DNA of 64,000 nt from assembly GCF_039654945.1 (NCBI RefSeq), contig NW_027362202.1:186001-250000 (forward strand), given 5' to 3'. Positions 1-12,230 of this stretch are shown here, in pieces. The notes beneath the pieces are model-generated. The model was not told the DNA's origin and searched no databases. It was given only the letters and a program-made list of their open reading frames with translations. Source of the DNA: Dendrobates tinctorius (lineage: Eukaryota). Position 1 is the stretch's first letter. Every line of letters starts with the position of its first letter. Made by a program: the position numbers and the translations under genes.

Positions 1-2232
1 AGGAAAAAGTTTTCAACCTGGACGGTGCCAAAATGTGACCGTCCAGGCTGAGAAACACTGGTGAAAGAGCTGCTGCGAGTGTACCCTCAGTGATGGGCGG
101 TGATATCATCGAGGTTAACACCGGTCACTGAGGCTGCATTCCCAGCTAGGCTGAACTGCTGTGACTTTGGTGAGATCCCCGCTAACACCCGTGCTACAGG
201 GCATGTGGGAAGAGCCGGGCAAAGCACCAGAATTGGCGCCTCTAATAGATGTGCCTTTTCTGGGCAGCTGCGGGCTGCTATTTTTAGGCTGGGGGGCCAA
301 TATCCATGGCCCCTTACCAACCTGAGAATACCAGCCCCCAGCTGTCTGCTTTAGCAAGGCTGGTTGTCAAAAAATGCGAGGACTCTACGCCTTTTTTTTT
401 TTTTGTTTAAATAACACTGGTCAACAGCATTTTTGGTGCCAAAGATATTTCATCGAATTTAGGGTATTTTTGGGGTGCTGATTCTGAATATGTCATCAGT
501 TTTGCCAGATTGGCTCAAGTTTTTGAGATTTTTGGTATCTTATTTATAGCACTTGTTGGTAAATGCGACGCATCATCTCATTAATTTCTTTGGATTAGTA
601 CTTGAACTGAGCAGTTCTCAATATAGGTTTGTGTTAATTAGTGTTCTAAAAGTTTGTTCATAGCTTGATTTTTGCACTAACTTTATGTTGTTGTCTGTTT
701 TCCAGTGAAAAGCATGAACTCATCAAGAAGAAGTTGTCTTAACGATCCAGACTCATTCTGTTACATTTGTGGTGAATACACACTGCCAAAACATAGAAGA
801 AACATAACAGACTTCGTAAAAAAAGTGTATTTTGCCTATTTTGGGGTTATGCTTGGGGACCAAGACAAGTTTTGGGCACCACACATAGTGTGCAAAGCAT
901 GTATCGAATTATTACGAAAATGGAGCAAAGGACAAAGAAAAAGCTTCAAATTTGGTGTTCCAATGGTGTGGAGAGAGCCAAAAAATCATCATGATGACTG
1001 TTATTTATGGTAAACACAGGTACAGGCACATCTTCACAATGAGGGACAGGCCTTCTTGCAGATTCCATGTTACTCCCATTTTCGTTTCTTATGCTTATTG
1101 AATCCTTGCACTTGCACTGCACAGAAATAACAGTCATCATGATGATTTTTTGGCTCTCTCCACACCATTGGAACACCAAATTTGAAGCTTTTTCTTTGTC
1201 CTTTGCTCCATTTTCGTAATAATTCGATACATGCTTTGCACACTATGTGTGGTGCCCAAAACTTGTCTTGGTCCCCAAGCCTAACCCCAAAATAGGCAAA
1301 ATACACTTTTTTTACGAAGTGTGTTATGTTTCTTCTATGTTTTGGCAGTGTATATTCACCACAAATGTAACAGAATGAGTCTGGATCGTTAAGACAACTT
1401 CTTCATGATGAGTTCATGCTTTTCACTGGAAAACAGACAACAACATAAAGTTAGTGCAAAAATCAAGCTATGAACAAACTTTTAGAACACTAATTAACAC
1501 AAAACTATATTGAGAACTGCTCAGTTCAAGTACTAATCCAAAGAAATTAATGAGATGATGCGTCGCATTTACCAACAAGTGCTATAAATAAGATACCAAA
1601 AATCTCAAAAACTTGAGCCAATCTGGCAAAACTGATGACATATTCAGAATCAGCACCCCAAAAATACCCCAAATTCATTAAAATATTTTGGACACCAGAA
1701 AAAAAAATTTTTTTCGTTGACCTGTGTAATTAAAAAATACGGAGTGGGGACCCCTCTCTTCTTGATAACCAGCCTTGTTGAAGCTGACAGATGTGGGTTG
1801 CAACCCCTAGCTGTGAGTTATGTCTGTCTGGTTATCACAAATACAGGGGAACTCACGCCGTTTTTTTTTAAATTTATTTACAGCGCAGGAGTCGGCTAAT
1901 GAATACACCCATCAGCTGCTCCTGCTGTCTGTAATTAGCAGATGAGAGCTGTAGTCTGATCCGCTGACCGGAAGTCAACTTTATACCTCTGATCTCAACT
2001 GAGCGCTCATGCTGTGTTTTGACGTGGGAATTGCGGCTCTCTGACTGACAGGGATGATTTCACCATCGATCAGAAGCGGTATTTGCCGCGCTGTCATGCA
2101 CATGACAGCATTGCAAACATTGAATGTTTGGCCTCCCCATTCAAGTGAATGGGGTCCGTGTACTGTTCTGGTACAAAAAGTTTGGGTAACTGTTCGACCG
2201 GACCCAAACATCCAGGTGTCTGCCCATCTTTA
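1..2232. mobile_element. Non-autonomous hAT-like DNA transposon remnant (left part outside window), interrupted by the 415-1726 element
   Basis: About 168-372 is homologous to about 6772-6985. Ends in GCCCATCTTTA, resembling the TAGAGATG/TAGTGATG-type termini seen elsewhere in the window. Superfamily is inferred. Confidence 0.45.
415..1726. mobile_element. Foldback (palindromic) derivative of a Chapaev3-like DNA transposon
   Basis: Termini CACTGGTCAAC and GTTGACCTGTG with a TAA 3-bp TSD (412-414, 1727-1729). Arms about 452-1003 and 1127-1680 are near-perfect inverted copies, each encoding a transposase N-terminus (CLNDPDSFCYICG...VWREPKNHHDDCY). The Chapaev3 assignment rests on CAC...GTG ends, the TWA TSD and recalled protein similarity. 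Confidence 0.75.
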
Positions 2233-2235
2233 CTC

Positions 2236-2485
2236 GGATGTCTCGTTTCATATGTTTCAAGGGTGGCTTTGTCATCGCCCGCTTGAAGGGGACAATTCCC
2301 GGCTCGTGATTCCAGACGGCGTGCACCTCACCGACATCGGCTTGGACGTTTTCCTGTCCGACCTCCAGTATGGTATTGAGCAGGCTTTGTTAATGGGTGG
2401 GGTCAGAGCGCAGTTTAGTTACTACACCCCTCCTTGGTGGTCTTTTTGGAATTCTTACATTTTTTTTCCCTGTAAGAAGGACTGA
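2236..2485 (+). pseudogene. C-terminal fragment of an SGNH hydrolase/esterase ORF, probably from a Ngaro-like YR retrotransposon
   Basis: PDGVHLTDIGLDVFLSDLQYGIEQAL contains the SGNH block V D-G-x-H motif (2315-2329). Confidence 0.55.
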
Positions 2486-2739
2486 TGAGCGCCAGGAGTC
2501 TGGCTGTTAGCAAATGATTTGCATTAATACATGTTATACCAGGCCAAGATGTGCCTTACGTTTTATACTGTATACCTCTCATACTGTGATCGACCTCCAT
2601 CCATTAAATGGATAATAATTTAAAGGTTATTGATGTGTGCTTTTTATTTATCTATGGGAATGTTATTTGTTTTGGTATGTTCAGGTCATCTCAGTCTGCA
2701 AGGTTCAGCAAATTTTGCCTTGTCACGCTCTGCACCACT

Positions 2740-3703
2740 CCCTCAACCACTCTACCCCTGAGGGTGGTTTGCACTTTAATGGCCAATTTTTACAATTCTG
2801 ACCACTGTCCCTTTATGAGGTAAGAACTCTGGAACGCTTCAATGGATCCCATTGATTCTGAGACTGTTTTCTCGTGACATATTGTACTTCATGATAGTGG
2901 TAAACTTTCTTTGATATGACTTGTTTTATTTGTGCAAAAAATGGAAATTTGGCGCAAATTTAAAAAAATTTGCAGTTTTTCAACTTTGAATTTTCATGCC
3001 CTTATCTCTGTGATTTATGTCACACAAAATAATTAACATTTGCTACATGTCTACTTTACATCAGCACAATTTTGGAACCAACTTTATTTTGTTAGGAAGT
3101 TTAAGGGTTAAAAGTTGAACAGCGATTTTTCTTTTTTTTTTTTTTTTTTTTTGGGACCACATCACATTTGAAGTAACTTTGAGGGGGTCTAAATGATAGA
3201 ACATTCCCAAAAGTGGCACCATTATAAAAACTGCACCCCTCAAGGTGTTCAAAACCACATTCAATAATTTTTTTAACCCTTCAGGTGCTTCACAGGAATT
3301 TTTGGAATGTTTTTTAAAAAAATTAACATTTAACTTTTTCACAAAAAATTTACTTCAGATCCAATTTTTTTATTTTCCCAAGGGTAACAGGAGAAATTGG
3401 ACTCCAAAAGCTGCTGTGCAAATTGTCCTGAGTATGCCGATACCTCATATGTGTGGGTAAATCACTATTTGGGGGCATGGCAGAGCTCGGAAGGGAAGGA
3501 GTGCCATTTGACTTTTTAAATGCAAAATTGGCTGGAATTGAGATCGGACGCCATGTCGTGTTTGGAGAGCCCCTGATGTGCCTAAATAGTGGGAACCACC
3601 CACAAGTTACCCCATTTTGGAAACTAGGCCCCCCAAGGAACATATAGATGTGTGGTGAGCACTTTGAACCCCCAAGTGCTTCACAGACGTTTATAACATA
3701 GAG
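2740..3703 (+). mobile_element. Degraded non-autonomous DNA transposon fragment (piggyBac-like, recalled as a common anuran repeat)
   Basis: AT-rich non-coding sequence beginning with a decayed (TTAA)CCCC-like end. Recognised from memory only. Confidence 0.35.
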
Positions 3704-3833
3704 CGGTTATACTCGCCTAACGCCTATTCCACCAAAACCCTCTTTCTCCTGTAATAAAACAAAAATATTGTTTTTTATTTTGTTGCAGGAGAACGAGGGC
3801 TTTGGTGGAATAGGCGTTAGGTGAGTATAACTG
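3704..3833. repeat. 130-bp palindrome (hairpin / micro-MITE)
   Basis: CGGTTATACTCGCCTAACGCCTATTCCACCAAA pairs with TTTGGTGGAATAGGCGTTAGGTGAGTATAACTG; arms about 60 bp. Confidence 0.85.
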
Positions 3834-4105
3834 TGTTGGTTAGGTGACTGGGTATGCGACAGAGCAGGAAGAGACACCAGGCCGATAAATAATACAACGA
3901 GATTTACTGGAACAGGGGCAACACAAATGGAGGTAATTCTGCAGCATCCGTAATGAGTCCACAATTAATCCACAATGAATTTACACAAAAGAGAGCAGAT
4001 TCAGGGGTGCCACGTGGTAACCCGACACCAGGGAAATATCAAAGTAGTCCTTGGATGAGTTCAATGGATCGAGCAGATGAGCGATACAACACAGTCCTAC
4101 GTGGC

Positions 4106-5176
4106 AGTGGAGTGCCCGCCAGGGCCGGGGGGTACTCGGTACTGGACCGGTTCTTAAGGGGATGTGTCACAGCAGCAGTTATCCGGTCTGTGGCCCTGGG
4201 CGTCCAATTAAAATGATAAAAGGGGAAAACTGTATAAACTTTAAGATATAGTATGTGACACCACCTGTGGTATTCGGCAAGTGATGACAGATGCTGCTTA
4301 AAGAGACTGCTGGGGCTGATGGTGATGCAGCAGAGTTGGTACAGTTCTCCACAGGTAGAGCTAAGTCCCAGGGCACTTATGATGTGAAAGATAGTGGTGA
4401 TGGTTGTAGTGCACAGTGGAGGGTGCCGTAAATAACTCTGAGGACACAGCAGGGTGCAGTTTTCACACTTTTACTCACGGTTTGTGGTGCAGGCCAGGGC
4501 ACTGATTACAGATGGTAATAGAGATCCGGGCAGCCTGGAAGCAATTCAGGATCCCCTGAGCCAGAATGGGGTTAGAGGCCTTCACACTGCGCTGGTCTCT
4601 GAGGTACTTGCTGCCTAAAGCTAAGCTCAGTCCTCTGTTTCATTGTCAATAGTACTTGCCCGTATGGCAGGCAGCTTGAGCCTATTACAGGAGTCGCTCC
4701 TTGTTGGCAGCTCCGGGCTCTGGGATACTGCTGTGCCTTCAGGTATATGATGGGGCCAGGAGGCCTGCAGTCACCTGCCCTCCGGATTTGTCTGTTGGGA
4801 CTGTTCTACCCCTGCAGCCATGGACTCCGGCATCCGATATTAAGCACTCTGCCTGGGGTGAGCTTGACCACAGCTCCACTCCCAAGGTTTTTCCTAAACT
4901 TCTCTCCTTTCCTCTCTCTTTACTCTGCTCTTGTCTGGGGATGAGCTCCACAGACTCTCACAGACTGACTAACCCCGCCTCCAGGCCAGAACTTACAGGG
5001 AAGCTTTCCTGAAACCAGGTGTTAGAGCTCCCCCTTCTGGTCTGAAGTCAGGAAAAGTGTTGGATGCTGGTGTTACCTGGTAAGGGGAACCCTCCTTGCT
5101 TCCAGGCATGACATTACCCCCCCCCCCCGTGAGGGAGGCAATGCCACTGTGGCTACCAGACTCCTGGGGTGCCACA
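4106..5176. mobile_element. Solo LTR (Gypsy-type)
   Basis: Termini (T>A)GTGGAGTGCCC and GGGGTGCCACA. Flanks GTGGC and GCAGC fit a 5-bp TSD GCGGC after CpG decay. Homologous to 21901-23026. Confidence 0.75.
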
Positions 5177-5259
5177 GCAGCTTCTAACAATACACACGGT
5201 CACTAGGATCTTTCCTCAGCATAAGATCCCAGTCCTTCACAGGTCACAACCAACAACAT

Positions 5260-5926
5260 CAAAACACTATATAGTGTCCTTAAAGTAATATATAGGCACT
5301 TCTACCACAATAATACACACTCAAGGGCAACAAGATGTAACTGATAAACAAAAAAGATATTATGTAATAAAATCACACAATTTTATTAGATGCAAAAAAG
5401 TTAAAAATACTACATAACATTACATACATATCATACCCCAAGGGGGAATAGTACACACAAATAACAATATCTCTATTATAGTACACCAAATTAGTCAAAA
5501 AAAGAATGTACATTAGATAACACAATATATTCTGGAATACCAATGTAGTACCCCCACACCCTTGCTGGAGCCCAGCTACTACATTATCATCGCTAAAAAA
5601 TTCAACTATCAAGAGTTCACAATACTAGGTTGTAAGGTGTCAGTGCTTTAATGACCTGCAGAAGGTCTATTTTTCAGTACCTACAAACACAATTGCTACC
5701 CAAAGATAATAGCAGTATATCTCATAATGACCCAAGCCAGAGTATATTGCAAAGGTGCCAATGTCTAAATGACCTACAAAGGTCTATTACTCTATACCTA
5801 TAACAACAATAACTGCCAAAAGTTAGTAGTGGTGTAGCTCATAATTACCTTAGCCAAAGTATGGAGGTGATCGTGGTCCTGTGCAGAGACCCCCGTGCCC
5901 CGACGCGCGTTTCGCCCTCTTGCTTC
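5260..5926 (-). mobile_element. Penelope-like element fragment with a truncated hammerhead motif, between duplicated flanks
   Basis: Minus strand begins GAAGCAAGAGGGCGAAACGCGCGTCGGGG. AT-rich body with an internal ~120-bp tandem repeat. Flanked by direct copies about 4965-5259 and 5940-6211. Confidence 0.55.
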
Positions 5927-7159
5927 TGTCTGCTACTCACTGACTAACCCTGCCTCCAGGTCAGAACTTACAGGGAAGCTTTCCTGAAACCAGGTGTTAG
6001 AGCTCCCCCTTCTGGTCTGAAGTCAGGAAAAGTGTTGGATGCTGGTATTACCTAGTAAGAGGAACCCTCCATGCTTCTAGGCATGACATTACCCCCCTGT
6101 GAGGCTACCGGACTCCTGGGGTGCCACAGCAGCTTCTTACAATACACACGGTCACCAGGATCTTTCCTCAGCATAAGATCCCAGTCCTTCGCTGGTCACC
6201 ACCAAAAACATTAGAGTCAGTCCTCAAATCCAGCATGGTGGTGAGACATCACAATTCTATGTGGCAAATTATCTCCAAGCTCCATACAAGGCACAGGACC
6301 TGGCTGCAGCTGCAGATCCTTGCCCTTCAAGGCACACAGCATCAACTAACTGAACATGTGGCTTATTGTCCTACCACTCTTGGGATCAGTCCCCCTTGAA
6401 CAAAGCACCAAGGATTAAGAATGTTCCAGAAATCCTGTCTGCAGTCTGTCTACAAGTTTGTGTATTAGAGATGCCCCCTGCAGAGGGGAACAAAGACAAG
6501 CATGCCCCCACCAGATACAGGGCAAGGAATGCTAATGTAAGACTGATTACAGTATGGTCCATGTGTACAGGCTGGGGATGACTCTCTGTTACAGGTTATT
6601 TTTAAATAAGAATGGAAAAATGTGTTTTTTTTATTTCTAATGAAAGACTTTATTCTGGTTGTGTCTTTATTTATCATACAACTATAGAAGTAGTAATGGA
6701 TAGGTGTCTTATAGATGCTTCTCCATTACTAAGCCGTGGGCTTGATGTCACCTGACAATAAAAAGGTGACATCAACCATACAAATATGAACCCCACTTGC
6801 CACCGCTACAGGGCAAATTGGAAGAGCCGGGCAAAGCACCAGAAATGGCGCATCTAACAGATGTGCCTTTTCTGTGCAGCTGCGGGTTGATATTTTTAGG
6901 CTGAGGGGTCAATATCCATGGACCCTTACCTGCCTGAGAATACCAGTCCCCTGCTGGGAGCTTTAGCAAGGCTGGTTGTCAAAAATGGTGGGAGCCCATG
7001 CAGTTTTAGTCATTTATTTATAGCGCAGGCTGATGAATACCCCTATCAGCAGCACCTGATGTCACTGTTATTAGCAGCAGCAGGGGTAGGATAATGGGAG
7101 TAAAAGTCCCATCAGCCGCTGCCTGCTGTCTCTTTCATTACTTAAATATAACTCCTCAC

Positions 7160-8594
7160 TATTCGGTCGTCCATGACAGCACCACGTGAGAGAGGGGATC
7201 TGCCCTTCAGGAACAGGAAACCTACAGATACAAAAGGGCGGCACCTCTCCCACGCATCAGTTGGTTTCCTGTTCCTAGAGGACGGGACTTCCTTCAGATG
7301 GTCAGTCATGGAGTCGTCAAGGGATTCCCAGGCCGGCTAACCGACCCAGGTAGTGGGGGGATCTCCTACCTCGGTCAGTTCGAGGTCCCTGGAAGCGCCA
7401 CGGTGGGGCTGGGTAGGTCGGCACGGCAGTGGTTGGAGCAGGTGGAGTAGAGGGTCCAGTGGACAGCCGCCTCCAAAGTACCAGCACCAGGAGGCATGTA
7501 TGCCCCGGGCCCCTCCTGGTGCGTTCCCCCCGGGGTCCGGTCTCTCTTCTGTCCGGGCCGGCGGTTGCGCCCGGTCGGCGGGCGCAGGTCAGCGCACGTG
7601 GGGCTGCAGGCATGCCTGAGCTGGGGGCGCCGTGCCGGCTCCTTTCCACGCGCTCCCGCGGTCTCAGACGAGCGGCGGAAGTGATGCAGCGGAAGGGGTG
7701 GGGCCGGGAACGCCGAAACCGGACCTCGGGTGCCGGCTGGCTTTCCGGTGTGCGCGGCTGTCCGGGGTGGCGCGCGGTGCCCGGGGCGGGGGGGGGTGCC
7801 GCGCCAGAACCCTGCTGAATCGGACACTGGGAGGCCTTAAAAGGCAGGAGGTGACGCTGCTGGGGTGCTTCTGAAGGCCCAGCAATGGATACGACAGAAG
7901 TCCCCATAGAGCAGCAGGACGAGGTGCAGGAGCGCCCACAGAAGCAGGCCACGGTAAAGCCTCATGCCAGCAGAAGAAAAACGAACGAGCGAACAGAGAG
8001 GTCGCCACCCGGGAAGCTGAGGGCGCATTCCACCAGAGCCATGGCGACCTCGTGGGCCGAGAGATCAGAAGTCTCCATTGACCAGATATGTAAAGCGGCT
8101 ACTTGGTCCTCTCCGAGCACCTTTTATAGTCATTATAGGCTAGACTTGGGTGCTTCCACAGACCTCTCTTTTGGTATAAGGGTGCTGCAGGCTGTAGTCC
8201 CTCCCTAAATAGTTATTACTCTCTGTAATTCTCTCAGGTGGTGCTGTCATGGACGACCGAATAAAGTCTTAGTTACTCACCGGTTAACGGTATTTTTCGG
8301 AGTCCATGACAGCACCCATATATTCCCTCCCTTTAGTTTAAATTTGGGTGTGCACTTCTTCCTCTTACAGTATATGTACACGGGTAATTTAAAAAGTCGT
8401 GTAAAGTATTGTATATAAATTATGCTATTAACCATTGTGGTCCTCTTGTGCTCTGTAATCCAACTGATGCGTGGGAGAGGTGCCGCCCTTTTGTATCTGT
8501 AGGTTTCCTGTTCCTGAAGGACGGATCCCCTCTCTCAGGTGGTGCTGTCATGGACTCCGAAAAATACCATTAACCGGTGAGTAACTAAAACTTT
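7160..8594 (+). mobile_element. Mini (internally deleted) DIRS1-type element B
   Basis: Left ITR about 7160-7263, right ITR about 8460-8594, and ICR about 8231-8317 complementary to both termini. ORF 7885-8208 ends in the YR tail AHSTRAMATSWA...HYRLD. Confidence 0.92.
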
Positions 8595-8753
8595 CTCCCC
8601 TGCTCGCGCCTATCGCCAGCAGAGCAGGGGAGAATGATGAGAGCCGTGTTCAGCACCCAGTGCTGGGGAACAGCGCTTACTGTAATACGTCTTCCCTGGC
8701 GTCCGTCTGTGTGGTACTGATATGACACGCATGCCACATGTGTGCTACAAGTA

Positions 8754-9650
8754 CCGCATTTTTCTGACCATAAGACGCACTTTTTCCCCCCAAAATTGGA
8801 AAAGTGGGGGGTGCGTCTTATGGTCGCAATATACTCACTCCTGTGCTGGTGGCGTGTGCGGCGGGGCTCTGTAGTGTGGTGGTGGTGGCGGGTTGTGCTC
8901 CGCTGCAGGGGCAGAGGCTCTCTGTGCTCCTTGGGGGGGCCCCGCTGGTATTTCCTCACAGCCCGGGATCTCGGGAGAAGAGATCTGAATCTGAGCATGC
9001 GCCGTCCCCGGACCAGTGGCCATCTTCCCGGCGTCCATGTTCCCAGAGGCCACCGCAACATGGCAGCAACGGATGTGCAGGGGCCTCCGGGCTTTGAGGA
9101 AATGCTGGCAGAGCCGGCGCTCCTGCACCAGAGCACAGTGCCCCAGCACAGCCCACCTGCCCCAGCACAGACCAGCTCACCCCACCTGCCCCAGCACAGC
9201 CCATCTGCCCCAGCACAGCACACCTGCCCAGCACAGCCCACCTCACCTGCCCCAGCCCACCCCATCTGCCCCAGCACAGCCCACCTGCCCCAGCACAGCA
9301 CAGCCAACCCCACCTGCCCCAGCACAGCCCACCCCACTTGCCCCAGCCCAGCCCACCCCACCTGTCCCAGCACAGACCTTTTGCCCAGCACAGCCCACCC
9401 CACCTGCCCCAGCACAACACACCAGCTCCATCACAGCACAGCCAACTCCACCTGCCCCAGCACAGCTGCACCAGCACAGCACACCTACACCTGCCCCAGC
9501 ACAGCACACCCCACCTGCCCCAGCACAGACCTTTTGCCCCAACACAGCACACCTGCCCCAGCACAGACCACCTGCCCCAGCACAGCCCACCCCACCTGCC
9601 CCAGCACAGACCTTTTGCCCCAGCACAGCACACCTGCCCCAGCACAACCA
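8754..9650 (+). mobile_element. Truncated Tc1/pogo-like MITE carrying a GC-rich minisatellite (about 9139-9650, unit about CACCTGCCCCAGCACAGC)
   Basis: TA followed by CCGCATTTTTCTGACCATAAGACGCAC, with a subterminal inverted copy GTGCGTCTTATGGTC. The tandem units are directly visible. Confidence 0.6.
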
Positions 9651-9654
9651 ACCT

Positions 9655-12230
9655 GTTGTGCCCCTGCTTCACCGGAGCATTGGAACGCTCGAAGACTACG
9701 AAAGATCTTCAGCGGCTGGGCCCAGCGGCTGCTACACCGAAGAACCATCGTCGGGACGCCGAGGGACGTCGAGCCGGTTAAGTGACACTATATAGTTAAG
9801 GACCCGTAGTCTGCCATACCGCGGCCCTATAGTGACCGGCTTTGCCGGACTTAGTTGTGTTCTTTGTTTTCCGTGTTGGCTTGTATTGAGTCCCCTGCGT
9901 GGACAATTCCTGTTATTTTGGTCAGTTGCTTAGACTATACCTGCGGATAGTTACCTGTAAACCTATAAAAGTTGTTACCAAAAGTACAAAACCGTCTCGA
10001 CACGGCATCCTGTGTACCTGCTAGTACCACATATGGCGTAGTCGGCAGGATGCAGTCTCCGAGCACGGACAACGAGGGCCACTGGCCCAGCATTTCTTTG
10101 GGGGCTATGCCAAGCAATCTACCCTGGTTCGCCAGCAGCAGTGCTATGCTGTAGGGCTGGACGGAGCGAATGCGTGGGTTATTTAGGATGCATCCGCTTA
10201 CCCCTGACCTAGAGGCAGAAGTGGCCCTGATGGCGTTGGACGGGGAAGCCCGGGATTCCGTAATGTTGAGGCCCCGGGGGCAGCGAAACACCTTCGTCAG
10301 GGTGTTACAGATCTTAGAAGAGACCTATGGGGACCCGACCGATGTGGGGTAACCCGGATGTTTACTCGCATGCAGAAAGAGGTGGAAACAGTGACCCAGT
10401 ATATGAATGCTTTGCAGGAACTGTTTCTAGCCATTGAAAGGATGGATGGAGTCGGCGTGAGGACCGTGGACGTAACATTACGTGACCTTTTAGTGACCGG
10501 GTTACGAGACACCATGACGAGACAGGCTTTGCGAGAGCGGGTGCGAGTGGACCCACATCTGACCTTTTCAGAGATTGTGAAGGAGGCAGGTGTTTGGGAA
10601 CAGGAGCAAGAGGTGATGGTCCCTGTGGGGATGGCACGGCGTATCGAAGTATCCGTAAGCACCCTGGGTGAACCCCACTGGGTACAAGAGGTGAAGCAAG
10701 AGATACAGAGTATTAAAGGCGAATTGGCCGAAGCCAAGAAAGAGGCCACAAGAAGTCGGCCAGGGCCGGGTAAAGGAGGCATGAACCATCGCAGCCCTCA
10801 CCCAAGTCGGTCCCCACGACCATTCGCCTGTTACAATTGTGGGGAATTGGGACACTCCGCCTGAGTGCCCACGTTCCAGGAGAAACCCGCCCCGCTGGCC
10901 AAGAAGGGCAGAGGACCCTGAGCGGTGGAGACGCCACCCGGAGCCTACCACACGGGGTGGTGGAAGTCACGAAGACCTGGTCGCGCGGTGTCCAGTGGTA
11001 TGGGCAGAGGTCGAAGGCCGTGCTGTACGATGCCTAGTAGATATGGGATCGCAAGTAACGACCTTGCCAGAGACTTATTTTCGGCAGCATTTTCCCGAAG
11101 CAGTGAGACCTCAGTGGGGGTCCGTGATAAAGTTGGTAGCCGCCAACCAGCTACCAGTTCCTGTCGTTGGAGTAGCCTGGATGCAGATTTCGATAAGCGG
11201 CAAAGCACTTGGCCGCCGGGGAGTGGTCCTGACCTAGGGAGACACAAACAGCAGCAGTTGAAACGCGTTGATCCTCCTCACTGGTGTGCTTGGTGTTTGC
11301 TATAAGAAATTTTTAAAGAACCAACATATTTTTAAGTTGTCCAATAAAGCTTTGTAAATTGCAGCCGCCTCCGTCTCCAGCTGGATCACTTTTCTTTTTT
11401 CTCTTCCTCTTGATCCGGTTACTCTGGGTATGAACATCCTACGAGAGTTCGGCAACCTCCTCCTCAATGAGCCCACACAAGAGACTCAACTGCTGGGGTT
11501 CTCGCAAGGCCCAAGGGCAGGTCTTCGAGCAGTTGGTGCGGGAGGCGCGAGTGCTCCAGGAGTGCCAGGAGGGTGAGGCGCTGGGCAAAGTCATCGTGCC
11601 GGCGGCTCCCCCGCTCGTGCTTCCTCCAGGGCAGACTGTGATGGCCCTGCCGATCCATGCCCCGATGCCACTGGAGGGCGTGGAGGTGCAGGTGGAACCA
11701 TGCTACTCAGAGCGCCTGCACCCTGGCATACTGGTAGCCTGCTCCCTGGCCACCGTGCGGGAAGGGACCGTCCTGGTGCGTTGTGTCAACCTGGAAGACC
11801 AAGAAATCACCTTGAAGCCCCAGGCCGAAATGGCCAAACTAGTAAGGCCTTTGAGGAGATGCTGCCGGACCCCGCGGTCCAGTTGAAGGTGCAGCCCGAA
11901 GATCCTTTGGCAGTAACGATACAGACCCTACAGACTGCTGTATCCTCGACCCAGGAGAAAGGTCAAGCCATCCTGGAACGTGGGCCGAACTTTCCTGCCT
12001 AGCACCAGCCCAACTTCTCCAGGTAGAGACACTTCTCAGACAATATTAGAGTGTCTTCGCCAGTCATGAGGAAGACTTTGGATGTACCACGGCCATCACG
12101 CATGGGATCCCGACGGCAGGAGTGGCCCCCATCCGGGAGCGATATCGGCAAATTCCACCGTAGCTATACCAGGAAGTGAAAACCCTATTAGCTCAAATGT
12201 TTCGGAAGGGGGTCATATGAGAAAGCCAGA
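9655..12230 (+). mobile_element. Degenerate Gypsy LTR retrotransposon: 5' LTR (3' part), PBS, gag, protease and pre-RT region
   Basis: LTR ends GTACCACA at 10031. Gag starts at ATG 10050 with stops and carries a zinc knuckle CYNCGELGH..ECP. Protease motif CLVDMGSQVT. A second LTR copy lies at 20617-20863. Confidence 0.85.
10034..10051 (+). other. Primer-binding site complementary to the tRNA-Ser 3' end
   Basis: TGGCGTAGTCGGCAGGAT, 2 nt after the LTR, is the reverse complement of ATCCTGCCGACTACGCCA (vertebrate tRNA-Ser AGA/TGA 3' end). Confidence 0.85.

Noticed and set aside
7317-7952. GC-rich ORFs and apparent CpG island (also about 17.0-17.5, 44.9-45.4, 50.5-51.0 and 59.5-59.9 kb)
   Set aside because: These are the GC-rich 5' leaders of DIRS elements, not host promoters or genes.
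8585-9795. Long ORFs (up to 347 aa) on both strands
   Set aside because: They arise from a stop-free GC-rich minisatellite; low-complexity translations in all frames.
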